Positions 1-16,319 of a DNA stretch of 64,000 nt are shown here, piece after piece. Position numbers and translations under genes: made by a program. Numbering within the stretch: the first letter of the stretch is position 1; every line of letters begins with the position of its first letter. This stretch comes from Paraspadella gotoi (Eukaryota > Animalia > Chaetognatha), in assembly GCA_051294375.1 (NCBI GenBank), contig CM119266.1, forward strand, positions 6,775,431 to 6,839,430. The letters run 5' to 3'. Below the pieces are notes generated by a model. The model was given only the letters and a program-made list of their open reading frames with translations. It searched no databases and was not told the DNA's origin.

Positions 1-459
1 TTGAGTTTTTTTCCAAACTACAATTTCTTGCGATGACAACAGAAAAACTAACCATCAAAAATCTACGACTAATTGAATAATTAACCCGTATTTAAAGTTT
101 GTTTTTGAAAGAGGGTTTTTGAAAACGGAGATAAAGCGCCAAAAAACTGATTATTGTGAAATTAAAAATGAGAGAAATAAAATTGTTTTTATTCCTGTTG
201 CCCTCAGTCATAATTTTGAACGTTTTTTTCTTCCGCAGTTAAATCATATTTTATTTTCAGCTTTTACTGATAAAGTTAATAGCAAGTAGAACATAAATTT
301 ACCAAAGATGAAACGGCAAAATTGAAAAAAAAGGTGAAACTTATGCCGATCAAAATTTGTCATTCATAACAATTTTTACCCAAATGAAGAGGATTCTGAC
401 CACAATCATGAAATGAATCAAAGCAGCCACAAATAACACTCCGGTGCTAAAGATCGAAA

Positions 460-1197
460 ATGAACAACAAAAACCTCAAAAAAAAGTTTTTTGCGACGAA
501 AATGAACGAAAAAGAATCACGAACTTTGACGCCTCCGATTATGAGGGAGATAAGAGACGACGACGACGACGACGACGAAACCGACGACGAAATGCCTCCT
601 CCCTGCGACGAAGATTCGCCGCTGTTGCCCCCGCCGGCGACGCCGATAAAAACAAACAAACTTTTAAAAATGAACCCAAACTTAAACAGGAACGTAAACA
701 ACTCATCGATGGACGATCAAACGACGACGATGACGACGACGACGACGACGACAAAGGGAAAGGCGTTCGTTTACATCCTCGCCTTCTTCGCCGCCATCGG
801 AGGCTTTCTCTTCGGCTACGACACTGGAGTCGTGTCCGGAGCGATGCTCCCTCTCAGGAAAGAGTTCGTTCTCTCGCCGGTTTGGGTGGAAGGTGAGATG
901 CTGCGTGGGTGACGCTTTGTGGGCTACGCTCTGTGGGTGAGAGGCTGTGGGTTTGGGGAAAAAGTAAGGTTGGATGGGGGTAAGGCAAGTTTTGGTTAAT
1001 TCAGGGTCAATTGAAATGCATCTGCTTGCATATGTGAGCGGGGGAGCAGCTTGAAAGTGGACTCACAATTTTACAGGTTGGGGTTTATTCTTTCTTATGA
1101 ATTTGGTTTATACCTATCTAATTATGTATCTAGCTATCTATCTAGCTATAATTTTATTATCTTGGATGGATGGATGGATGGGCGAGGCCTGTTAAGA

Positions 1198-1257
<60 letters not shown>

Positions 1258-2432
1258 ATATCTATCTAATCTAGCTAATCTATCTGTCTGTCTGTCTAAC
1301 TCTGATAGATCTTCCCCACTGATGATGTAATGACTCTTTCCAATCAGTCATTGTCAGCGCCACCATCGCCGGCGCCGCGGTGAGCGCCCTCTTGAGCGGC
1401 GTCATCAACGATCTCTTCGGGCGGCGCCCCGTCATCCTTATCGCCAGCGTCGTCTTTGGCGCCGGCGCCATCGTTCTCGGCGTCGCGAGGGACAAAGCGG
1501 CGCTGCTCGGCGGGCGGATCATCCTCGGCGTCGGAATAGGCCTGATGTCGATGACGACGCCGATGTACATCGCGGAAGTGGCGTCCCCGGATGTAAGGAA
1601 ATCCATTTTATCTTATTTAAAAATAAAATCTAAATATGAACTTGTTAGAATCAGAATTAAAGACAGATCTAAATCAAATCAAAATTTAATCAAATATCAA
1701 ATAAAAAATAAAATTAATTCTACTAAATAGTCTTAAGTATAACGAAGTCGTATAAATCAAATTTAATTCTAATCCAAGTTTACTCTAAATTAAATCTAAA
1801 GTAAATGTTAATCAAGTTAGGAATAAATTCAAGTAAAATTAAATCTCTAGCGAATCAAAGTATAATCTAAACCTGATTTTGATTAAATCTAAATTTAATC
1901 AGAAATTAAATAAAAATTCGACCCAATTTCCCCAGATTCGCGGTCGCCTCATCACTTTGAACAACGTCTTCATCACCGGCGGCCAATTCGTCGCCTCCGT
2001 CGTCTGCGCCGCTTTCATCCAAGTTGACGAGGGATGGCGCTACATGTTGGGCGTGGCCGCCATTCCCGCCGTCGTACAATTCGTTGCCTTTTTGTTTCTA
2101 CCAGAGTCTCCCAGATGGCTCGTCTTGCACGGTATTTATTTCTTTATCGCTTTATAGATGTAAAATAAATATTTTTTTGGGCATAATTATTTTGCTTCAA
2201 AAGTTAACTGTTAAAATAGTTAATTATTAAATTTTAAAATGTTCGTTTTATCCCAGGACAAGCCATAGCCGCGAAAAAAGTTTTGAGAAAAATTCGGGAT
2301 AACGAGGAAGAGGTCGATCAAGAATTGGGATCGATCGAAGCCGATCGTCGGAAATCGTCTGCTACAGATGTTAAAGGATGGAGCCTTTTAGTAAAGGTTG
2401 TTACTTCTTTTATACGTTTACTAATTATTCTT

Positions 2433-2491
<59 letters not shown>

Positions 2492-2535
2492 TTCTTTTAT
2501 TTATTCTTTATTTATTTATTTATTCTTTTATTCAT

Positions 2536-2570
<35 letters not shown>

Positions 2571-4142
2571 TTCTTTTATATATTTATTTATTCTAAATTT
2601 ATTCTTCTATATATTAATTTATTTAATTATTTGTTTATTTGTGTTTTTTTTTTATCAAATTTGAAAGGCAAGTTTATTTACTTGTTTAACTTTATTTTGA
2701 TTTTTACAGATGATGCAAAACAGAAAAATTCGTCGTTCACTTATTGTTGGATGCAGTCTCCAAATGTTCCAACAAATCGCGGGCATCAATACAGTCATGT
2801 ATTACTCAGGTTTTTTTTTCTGTAAAATAAAATTCAACCTCGTGATTTCATAAACTCTGTTTTAATTCAATGTTCCTTTTTTTTCTTACAGCGACCATAA
2901 TAAAAATGTCGGGTGTGACTTCGGATTCTGCCGCTGTTTGGCTGGCGGCGCTGACTGCATTCATCAACTTCGCCTTTACTTTCGTCGGCCTCGCTCTCGT
3001 CGAGAGGGTGGGGCGAAGAAAACTTACCCTAGTGTCGCTCGCTGGTAAGGATGTTAAATGTGTTATTCCTTTAACCATTTTTGTTAGTTTTCAACTTAGT
3101 TTTCTGTAAAAAAGACAAATTTACGTATTTTTCTACTATCGATTCCTTTTCGGATTTGTTTACTTAATACTTATACTTAGTTATAGTTAATTAGTTTTTC
3201 TGTTTTCCTGTAACTTTTTAATCTTAATTTCCTTTTCTTGATTTGAAACAATGTTTGAGGCGTGACAATCAGCTTGGCCTTCCTCGCCATCGGCTTCCAA
3301 CTCTCAGCCTCCGATTCGCCGAACACGACATCACGTGATCCGATCTATCCTAACACGACAAACGCACGTGCGTGCGCCGCCGTCGCCACGTGTACCGTTT
3401 GCGCGCAAGAAGAAAAATGCGGATTTTGTTACGAGGAGATTGGAGGAAAAATAGGTGAAGAGGACTTGATAATAAACAAACTCGGAAACTATAATTAATG
3501 ATTAAAATTAACAATTAAAGATGATAAACAATTAAAGTTAACAATTAAATTAAAGAAAAATTGAAAATTAAAATTGAATGGAAATTACAATTAAAATTAA
3601 CAATTAGAATTGACAATTAATTCTAACAAATCAAAATTAAAAGAAATGTCACAACTAACAATATAAATTAGCAATTAAATTAAATAAATAAACAATCCGG
3701 TCTCCAGGCAACGCTTCTTGTCTTCCCGTCGAATATTCGAGAGACACTTCGAAGCCAACGTCGCCTTATTTCTGCAACGCGACGACGACGACGACGACGA
3801 CGACGAAGACCAACGCGACGAAGGAAGAAAGTCAAGTTTGGGCTTATGATTATTGTCCTTCGCGATACGCGTGGATGTCAACTGGTGAGTTTAATTAAAA
3901 TTAAAATTCCATTATTTTTAATTAAAACAAAATTAGTCAAAATAATTTTAAACGATAGTAAAAGATAGTAAAAGTGCCGCTTGAAACTGATAAACTCTCT
4001 CTCTCTCTCTCTCTCTCTCGCCAGTCGCCATGGTGATCTATTTGATGTTCTTCGCCCCGGTATGGGTCCGATGCCGTGGACAATCAACGCTGAGATTTAT
4101 CCCAATTGGGCCAGATCTATGGGCATCGGAATTGGTGAGGTT

Positions 4143-4194
<52 letters not shown>

Positions 4195-4823
4195 ATTCAC
4201 GTCTCTCTCTCTTCTCCCATCATCATTCCTCTTTATCATTAATCTCTTCTCCAGCAACATCAACCAATTGGTTCTTCAACCTTCTCGTCTCCATGACATT
4301 TTTGACTCTGACCAAAGAATTGACGCCGTCCGGCGCCTTTTGGTTGTACGCGGGATTCGCTGCCATCGGCTTCGTCTTTCTCTTCTTCACTTTACCAGGT
4401 CGAGTTGCTCCTGCCAAATCTGCTGCTGCTGCTGTTGTTTTATTGTCGTTGTTGTCATCGGTGCTGCGGTAGATTCCTCGGGAGCTGTTATTACTAAATT
4501 AGACTTTTTAATTTATTTTGTCAATCCTATAAGAAATTGTAGTTTTTAACCGGATGAAAATTGTTTTACTTCTTCTAATCTCAATCTTACCGAAGATCAA
4601 TCAAAACAATATTTAATGCTTGTAAATTAATTAACATTGAATAAAATATATAATTTTTTTTAACGTAGAAACTCGCGATCGAAGTTTGGAAGAAATCGAG
4701 AAATTATTCGGCGGAGGATTTTTGCGTCGAACCGGAAGTCGAACCGGAAGTCGGGCCGAGATAGTGCCGGGAGTGACGCCGGAAATCGCGACGGAACCGG
4801 CACCGAAAGCAGGAGAAACTTGA
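460..4823 (+). CDS. SLC2A13: Proton/myo-inositol cotransporter-like MFS sugar porter (SLC2A13/HMIT family), 11 exons
   Basis: GT-AG exons joined by hand: 460-892, 1348-1592, 1936-2131, 2257-2396, 2710-2809, 2892-3044, 3260-3454, 3708-3884, 4025-4134, 4255-4398, 4669-4823 (TGA). Sugar-porter motifs [87 protein letters not shown] large Cys-rich extracellular loop ([13 protein letters not shown]...WAYDYCP) is characteristic of HMIT. One 1-nt deletion near 4057-4060 must be assumed ([10 protein letters not shown]). Confidence 0.93.
1198..1267. repeat. (TATC)n microsatellite, representative of very many SSRs in the window
   Basis: Other arrays include (TTTA)n 2433-2590 and 7240-7346; (GA)n 9618-9669, 19669-19763, 40727-40862 and 46179-46266; (CT)n 43227-43337; (ATG)n 21418-21470; (TTCA)n 26625-26690; (TCAA)n 36840-36915; (TTTTC)n/(TATTC)n 49704-49930. 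Confidence 0.95.
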
Positions 4824-5539
4824 TGTTACGGCAAATGGCGCGGTGTGACGCTATCGGCATGACGTGCGTCAAACTCGGGTCACAAACTTTCGTCTTCTTG
4901 ATGTTTTTGAGTTTTTTTTTTCAACCAAAATGATTTTGTTTATTATTTTTATTATTATTATCATCATTATTATTATTATTTCGAAATGTTGCGAGATTTA
5001 AGATTTTGTAATGCTGTTATTTATTGTCATTACTTCAGTTATTATTTATTGACGGTATTTAAATGACTTTTAGATAATAAAGATCCAACCTCAAATAGCG
5101 TTTTTTTTATTGCTCTCAAGGTCATGTTATTCTTTCTTACAAAAATATTTAATAATTTATTACGTAGGAACGGTTTGTAGAAAAGACTGACTTATATTTT
5201 GAAGATAAACATAGAAAAGTTTCAGAATTATTTATTCATACCATCAACGAAATGATACATAAAATAGAGCTGGAAGAAATACATGTTGTAATACAGTAAA
5301 GAAATAATAATATGAATACTAATAAATATAAACAATTATAGATAATAAATTTTTTTTCAATAATTACAAGATGTGGTAAAATTACAATATTTTATTTATC
5401 TGTAAACAGCAGGAAAATAATGGTAAAAGTCCTAGTAATGCTAAGCCGGTTCCGATTTTCGAGGGAACACAACACTATTTTTCTCCTTTTATAAGATGGT
5501 TTACTACAGTCTGTTAATAAGCATAACTAATCCTTTTTG

Positions 5540-8225
<2,686 letters not shown>

Positions 8226-8327
8226 GATCGGGAGTGGAGGGTGAGTGGAGGGAAGTGGACGGAATTTTCGAGGGGAAGCAGAGATGGATGGCAAGAATCA
8301 GTTTCCGGGTTCAAGTTATGGACTGAT

Positions 8328-8975
8328 CTGTGGTCAAAGTTAAAATAGATATTTTTTTTTTACTTTTTAACCTTTTTTTTTAGGTATTTCTAGACATCTA
8401 TCGGGATTTTAAAAAAGCTTCGACCTCGAAATTAAATACTCTCACAATTTTACGGTCGAGTCTTTATTTTTACGACGAATTTTATTTCAAAGATAAAAAA
8501 TTACGTAAAAAATTAAGATTCAACCGGAGAAAGAGTTGAAGACTTTTAAAAACGCCGGTTGGAAAAAGTCAATGACCCAAACATTTTTGTAGCCTTTTTT
8601 TTAAGAAATTCTTTGAACTTAAAATTTTGTAAATGAGGCTAACCATTAAATTTCTATATTCATATTTTTAAATTCCAGCTAAATTTTTGTCGCAATATAC
8701 TGCAAAATAAATTATTAGAGTTTATATGTCTAAATGTCTAAAATTCTAAATGTTCGAAATGGCTATTCGCAAAGGAGTGGGCAGAAGAAAGAGGGTTCAA
8801 ACCCTACACCTATACGGTCCCATAGAATAGTGTTCATTGCTTATTTTAATTCTTGATCTAAGCCTCAATTTACTCTTCAATTTACCTTCATCCCAATCGA
8901 AAGTTATTTGACAACATCATTTTTGAATTCTTACATTTTATAAAACAGCCAAAACGTTCAAAAAGTTCAACTCAC
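8328..8975 (-). other. Putative 5'-UTR intron of the SH2B gene
   Basis: Minus-strand donor AG|gtgagt at 8975 and acceptor ttgaccacag| at 8328, about 100 nt upstream of the ATG at 8225. No transcript evidence. Confidence 0.4.
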
Positions 8976-9614
8976 CTCTAATTTTAGACGTTGAAGTTTG
9001 AATATTTTCTTCTAATTTAACGACATTTAGTTTTGTTTTCTTCATTTCGCGTCTTGGGCAACGAATGAAATGTGTTTAAGAACACCTCTCTCTCTCTGCT
9101 CTCGGTCTCTCTCATCCTCTCTCTCTCTCTCATCTCCTCTCTCGGTCTCTCATCTCTTCCTCTTCGTCCTCTCTCGTCTCCTCTCATCACGACCGTTGAG
9201 TCGACCTTCGACCTCCTTGGTTATGAAAACGGAGATCGGCGTTAAATAGACGAAAGATACGTAGATGAGTAATTAAGTAGGTTAAACTAAAAAGGTAAGG
9301 TGTGAATGCACAAAAAAAAACGGAATTATAACTTTAATGACATAGGTTGTATTTGTAATTCGGCAGATATTATTGACATTTCATCAATACTGATTTAAAA
9401 AAAAACAAACAAAACAACAACCGATTGATGAGGGAAATATTTCTCATTATTTCTAAAATACCCTAATGTGATGTAAAAATAAGGTTAAAATATCGAAGAA
9501 AATTACGACTTCAAATCTTGAGAAAAATATTAAATTGTCACCCGAAGAACTTTGGAATGCGTGACAAGATTAAACCTTGGAACCAGATTTGAAAACTTTG
9601 GGGGATCTATTGTG

Positions 9615-9673
<59 letters not shown>

Positions 9674-9986
9674 ACAAATGAGGATTTGGTTGGGGAGGCG
9701 GATCTTCCACCAGGGGAATTTTTTAAGTTTTATTACGCAAATGACGACAATTTCTTATTTTAATCGAATTAAATAAGGGAATTTGACTGACTTGTTTTCT
9801 TTCATAATATTCATCTTAATATGGTTTAATCATTATTTTGAAAACCTTTTTACTAATACATATTTTCTCACTATTTACGCATTGCACTTTCAAAGCTTAT
9901 AATTAATGTGAACCTCTCACGATTAGTTTCATAATGACAATGATTTTATTCATAAATAAACACGCTACAAAGTCATGTAAAAAACT

Positions 9987-10040
<54 letters not shown>

Positions 10041-10711
10041 GATGAGAGTGGAGCAGACGGTCCTTTTTGAATAATTAAATTTGAAGAAATTTCAATTTTT
10101 TTGTGATAAGGATTAAATCCTTTTCTTGAAAGGATACATGTCAACTCATGTTTCGATTTCACATTAAAATTTGAAAACGTGACAGAAACGTGACAAAAAC
10201 GTGACTCATTCGATTTTCTTAACTAATTATTTCTTTAACACGTGTTAGTTGATAAGATTCCCTCGGGAAAATATTCTACATTGTTATTATTATTAATATG
10301 TCATGGCAGTGTCTGGAATAATATTTTGTAGGTATATACTAGTTGTTATACAACATATACGTTTAGATCAGATTTTTTTCGGTTCAAGGACACAGATATT
10401 TTCCATAATCTCTATCATTAATCAGCAAAAAAACAAAAAAAAAACCCAAAAAAAAACAACTGATTCTTAAGTCGAAGAAAAATTTGTATTTTGTGTTTAC
10501 AAGGTCATATGATTTTTTGAAATTTTTTAAATGAAATTCGAACTTTTTTACGATTTTTTTGTTTCGATCTTTTTTTTTCACGAAGATTCGATTCCAAATT
10601 TCGAAGGTGAATCGATCGATCGAACGTACGTACGTACGGACGGACGGATCGACGGATCGACGCCGAATCCTGTCCCCTCAGCAAAATTCCATTGGAATAA
10701 AAGTGATTGAG

Positions 10712-10780
<69 letters not shown>

Positions 10781-11809
10781 GGAATATAGGATTAAAGAAA
10801 GAAATAATTAATAAAGTGTGAAAAAATAAAGTTAAAAAGTCAGTAAAAGAAGTAAGTAAATAAAAAAGTTTTTGAAAAAATGTGGGAAAGTAAGAAAGTA
10901 TACCAAAAAGCTTTTAATTAAATTGAAAGAAGTAAAAAGTAAGTCAATAAGAAAAAGGTCCTTTTATATGCTACTGATTTTTATGCCTATGCACTGCATA
11001 AAGTAATTAACACGACAATAGATAAAAATCCTCATTACAATATCCTTATAAAAGCGAGTTATTTTTGGTGGGTTTGGTGACCTTGGCCGAAACAAACTTC
11101 GTCATTCAATTTTTATTAATTTTGTTTTAATCTTCAGACGATAAAAAAAAAAGATATAAATTTTGGTTCATCTGGTGCTTTGTTCCTTTTTTAAAAAAAG
11201 TCGATTGGTACTTCAGATACATATAATTATATAGTCATTCGATGACACCCCCCCCCCTTAAAAAAAGGAACAATGAGATAAGAGGAACTTCGCGATCTTT
11301 TTTTTTTGTGTCACTGAATAAAAATACGAAAATATTTTGGTTACAGTGAAACCTGAGACGATACAGATCTGAATGGGTTTAGGTTTAGGTTTAGGTTTGG
11401 GTTTACCACAACAAATTTCCTCTTTCCATTCTATCCTAAACTCAAGAGATTGAAGTTTTAATATTTTATTAGTACATATTTTCTTTAAATTCAAAGAATC
11501 ATCTATGACTACATATGTTAGGTACGGTTGCATAAAAAGCTGAAAGGATTTGTAAATATTGAGTTTTATTCTATCAGAGCTTCGTGAGCTCTCTGTCTCT
11601 CTCGCGTTTGCTAATTATAGAGTCGAAAGTTTGAACAAAGTATAACAAATTTCATAAACAAGTAAATATATGTATTATCAAAGAGTGCAAGAATCAGTAC
11701 ACGTTATATAATCCATACACGGTATAACAAAAATAAATCATTGACCTATAAAGCTACAATCATCTCGTACTACGTAACTTATCAACAATTACGATTTTAT
11801 ATTTGAAAA

Positions 11810-14800
11810 TCAGTTGACCCTTAACAACCCCCAGACAAGCGTTACCCCCGCCACACCCATCATCGCCCTCGTAAAAACGTCGCCCGGGATACAGCCTTTT
11901 CCTCCGTTCGAATCCACTCTCAACGGAATCTCATTCGTTCTGGCTTTCAGCCAATCGTAGGCCTCCGTCGCTCCCGCCTTTTTCAATTCGGGACCAATCA
12001 CGTCGAGGCATTGCTTGTGATATTCGTTGAGCCAATGGCGTTGTCGGTTGCTAAGCAACGAAACGTCGATTAGTTTTGGTTCGTAGGGAACGAGAGTGAC
12101 GGTTGTGATGCGGAGGAAGGGACGACCGGGCGTTTCGAAAGGAAGCGCGACCTGGAGTGGGGGAGATAAAGTGGTGAAATTCATTCCTTTGATTATTTGA
12201 CTAATCATTAATCAAGCTAAATCAGAGGGATTAAAAAGATTTTACTAATTTATTGATTGTGATATGAATTTGATTTACTTTCAAGGGAGTTTGTCTACAG
12301 AACAGTATGTTTTAAGTAACGTAAAACAAAAATATATAATGTATTTTGCATTATTTAATCTCTTTATTTGTATTTTTTAAGAAGTAGTGATGAAGCTATT
12401 ACTATAGAATAATTAAAATTATAAACAATTAAACTTACCCTCTCGGCGAAGCAGATGTTTTCTAGCCTCACCCCAAACATCCCTGCCAAATAGTAGCCCG
12501 GCTCGTCGGAGAAAAACTGACCCTCCTTAACCACCTCGGCCCTGAGCCCTGGCGGCTCGTGGACAGAGAGGTAAGAGCCGATGCCGTGCCCCGTGCCGTG
12601 TAGATACTCCATGCCCCGACGCCAGAGGGGCGAGCGGGCTCGGATCTGGAGTTCGTTGCCCGTCACCTGGGTTTGGAGGTGGGTTGGGGTGTGTGAGTGT
12701 GGCGAAAAATGAAGACGTGAGTCGGTTGAATGTGAAAAATATCGGGTTACTGAAGGTGACGGAAAAGAAAAGTGAGAAATGGGAAATAAATATAAAAGGT
12801 TGGAAATGAAGTGTTGGAGACTGAAGATAGTAAATAACGATTGGAGATTGTATTAATAAATACAATTTTAGTTTTTCAAAAGAATTACTTAACAAAAAAG
12901 AACAAAACAAATATGAGTAAGAAAAAAAAACCAAAGAAGAAAAAAGAAAAGAAAAAAGAAAAGAAAAAAGAAAAGAAAAATGAAACGAAAAAAGAACCCT
13001 GGTTCATTAGCCTTTCTCCCTTATTTCTTATTGTCATGACCTTTGATGACCAATTGATTAATGAACATGAAAAACCCACCTTGTTGTCCGGAAAAACAGA
13101 CATGGCCAGATCGATTTGTCCCATTAGGACTCGAGTGTAGGAGTCGATCTGTAGTTTGTTCGGAGTTCCGTAGTGAAAAGTGCGAGTCACGTCCGTGGTG
13201 CCATCTCTGTACAAGGGCGGCCAGATGAATTTTTTGATACGAAGGAAATGTATATAAATATTTCTTAATACTTAGTTTATATATATATATATTTTTCCTT
13301 TCTTTTAAATCAGTTTAAAACTTATATAACAAATACATTTTGTTAATTAAATATAAATTAGAGTTAAAATCAAATTAAAGGATTAAGGAACAAAAACGGG
13401 GGCTTTTGGAAAAGAGAGCCCGAAAATGAATTAAAAATTAAAGATGAGCGCGAGAATTGATTCGGCCGCCCCTGTACTGTCCGCCGGAATCGAGCAACAA
13501 TTGTCCGGCGCCGATTTTTGCCGGAGATGAATTTTTTGAGGGATTGTAGTGGATGATGGCGCCTGAAGGGGGAGGAGGAGGGGAGGAGGGGGAGGAGGAG
13601 GAGGGGGCGAAGGAAGAAAAGAAAAGGGAGAGGAGGAGGAGCGGAGGAGGGAGAGAAGAAGAAAAGGGAAGGAGGAGGAAGATAGAAAAGGGGAAAAGGG
13701 AAGATAGAAAGGGGAGGCATAGAAAAGAGGGAGAAATAGAACAAGAGGATAGAAAAGAGGAAAAGGGGAGGCAGAGGCATAGAAAAGGCGGAGGATAGAA
13801 AAGGGAAAGGGAGGATAGAAAAGGAGGATAGAAGAAAAGTGTGAGGATTAGAAAAAGGGGAGAAAAGGGGAGGATAGAAAAGGGAAGGGAGGCATAGAAA
13901 AGGGGATGATAGAAAAGGGGGATGATAGAAAAGCGGAAGGAAGATAAAAGAGGGAGGATGAAAAGCGAGAAAAGCGGGAAGGAAGAGGACAGAAGGGATT
14001 AGATAGGCAAGAGGTGAATAGAAATAAAAGATGGAGAATAATAAAAGAGGAAAAAAAAAAAAACATCAGTGATGAGAAGCGAATTAAAAATAATGGCCCA
14101 AAAAAAAAAAAATTGGTAAAAGTATCAAAAATTTATATATATGTATTAAAAATTTAAAATAATAAATATGAAGATATAAAACGAAGTAACATTCGCCAAT
14201 CTTTCCCCTTCCCCCCCAGCCGCCACCCCTCACCATTGCCCCATATCCGCGATCGATCGGGAAACTCTCCCCCATAGCTCTCCTCCTTACTCTTCCTCAT
14301 CGTCCCCACCTCCTCCGCCACTTCCGCTTCCGTCGGCCGCTCTCCAGCGTCGACGCGCCGCTCCAGCGCCGCTGCGTACTCGATCAACGCCGCCGCGTCG
14401 CGGACGTGCGCCGCTCGCATCCCGGCGCGCTCCGTGGGATTCTTGACCGCCTTGGCGTCGCGGATCGGCGGCGGCGTGAAGAGGCGGCGGTGGGCGGGGA
14501 TGCGGCGGAAGATCTGGAATTGGGGGCGTGGATGGGATGTGGAAGAGAAGGAAAAGAAAAAAAGAGTGAAAAGGAGTCAAAAAGAGTGAATTAAAGAACG
14601 TGTATATTCTTGTGAACAAAGTTAGTTGAAATATAAAATTGAAAAAAAATAAGTAAATGAAATCGGGACAACCGTTACTAATTAATTAGTTAATTAATTA
14701 ATTAATAGCGGATGATTTTTTAAAAAAATTTTATGAGGGAAAAGGAAAGAGAGTAAGACTATTCTTATTTTCTCAAGAATTTTACAAAATGTTTGTTTAT

Positions 14801-16287
14801 TTTAGAAAAAACGAAATCCGAAAGAAAATGAACACTTTATTGCGAAATAGGATATTCTGCGTCTGTAAATATTTTTAATTTTCAACCCCTTTAACCTTGA
14901 ACTTTAACTTTAACCTTATCTGAGACTTAAAAACGATTCAAGTCGAAACGAACTACGTATAAAGGCCAAATCAAAAAAAAAAAAAAATTATTGTGCTAAA
15001 AAAAAACATTGAACGATTCAAATACTTCCCAAATTGATTCTTATAATTAGTAACCTTTCGCGCACTGACCTTTTTTCGAACTTACCTCGTAATTGGAATG
15101 CTCGGAAAACCAAAACTTTAACTTTGGATCCTCCAACAGTTTGTCGACTTCGTCGTAGAAATCTTCGTAGTCGCGAATCTCCACATCGACGTTTGGGCAA
15201 AAGGAGGATGTCATCTCCGACTCTTTGATGTAGTAACCGAAAGTCTGGGGACAGATAAAGCGTTTAACGTTAACGATAATTTACATTTACATTCGCAGCT
15301 ACATTGTTGCTTTGTTTTGTCAGCATGGCTCATGAAAAATGAAAATGAGTTACAACTTGAATTTCGAACAAAGAAAGTCTTTATTCTGAGACTCAAGCGA
15401 TCCTTTGCTGCTGCCGAGAAAGCGAGACCATCGGAATANNNNNNNNNNNNNNNNNNNNNNNNNGAGGGAAGGCGCACGACGGGCGCTTTCGAAAGGTAAA
15501 GCGCGACCTGGAGTGGAGAAAAGTGCCGTTGTCAAGAACCATTCCTTTGATTATTTGACTAATCATTAATCAAGCTAAATCTGAGGGATTTAAAAAAGAT
15601 TTGTACTAATTTTATTGATTGTGATATGAATTTGATTTACTTTCAAGGGAGTTTGTCTACAGAACAGTATGTTTTAATTAACGTAAAACAAAAATATATA
15701 ATGTATTTGCATTATTTAATCTCTTTATTTGTATTTTTAAGAAGTAGTGATGAAGCTATTACTATAGAATAATTAAAATCATAACCAATTAAACTTACCC
15801 TCTCGCGAAGCAGATGTTTTTCTAGCCTCACCCCAAACATCCCTGCAAATAGTAGCCCGGCTCGTCGGAGAAAAACTGACCCTCTTACCACCTCGGCCCT
15901 GAGCCCTGGCGGCTCGTGGACAGAGAGTAAGAGCCGATGCCGTGCCCCGTCCGGGTAGATACTCCAGCCCCGACGCCAGAGGGGCGAGCGGGCTCGGATC
16001 TGGAGTTCGTTGCCCGTCACCTGGTTTGAATGTGGGTTGGGGGTTGTGAGTGTGGCGAAAAATTGAAGACGTGAGTCGTTGAATGTGAAAAATATCGGGT
16101 TACTGAGGTGACGGAAAGAAAAGTGAGAAATGGGAAATAAATATAAAAGGTTGGAATGAAGTGTTGAGACTAAAGATAGTAAATAACGATTGGAGATTGT
16201 ATAAATAAATACAATTTTAGTTTTTCAAAAGAATTACTTAACAAAAAAGAACAAAACAAATATGGGAAGAAAAAAAAACCAAAGAAG

Positions 16288-16319
<32 letters not shown>

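Noticed and set aside
11374-11404. Telomere-like (TTTAGG)n
   Set aside because: Only about four units, internal, and indistinguishable from the many other SSRs.
13223-13539. 15-bp direct repeat agatgaattttttga shared by intron 8 and exon 8, suggesting intron origin by tandem duplication
   Set aside because: It is short and AT-rich, is not identical in the duplicate copy, and does not explain the inverted ends plus TA duplication. It is kept only as a minor alternative.
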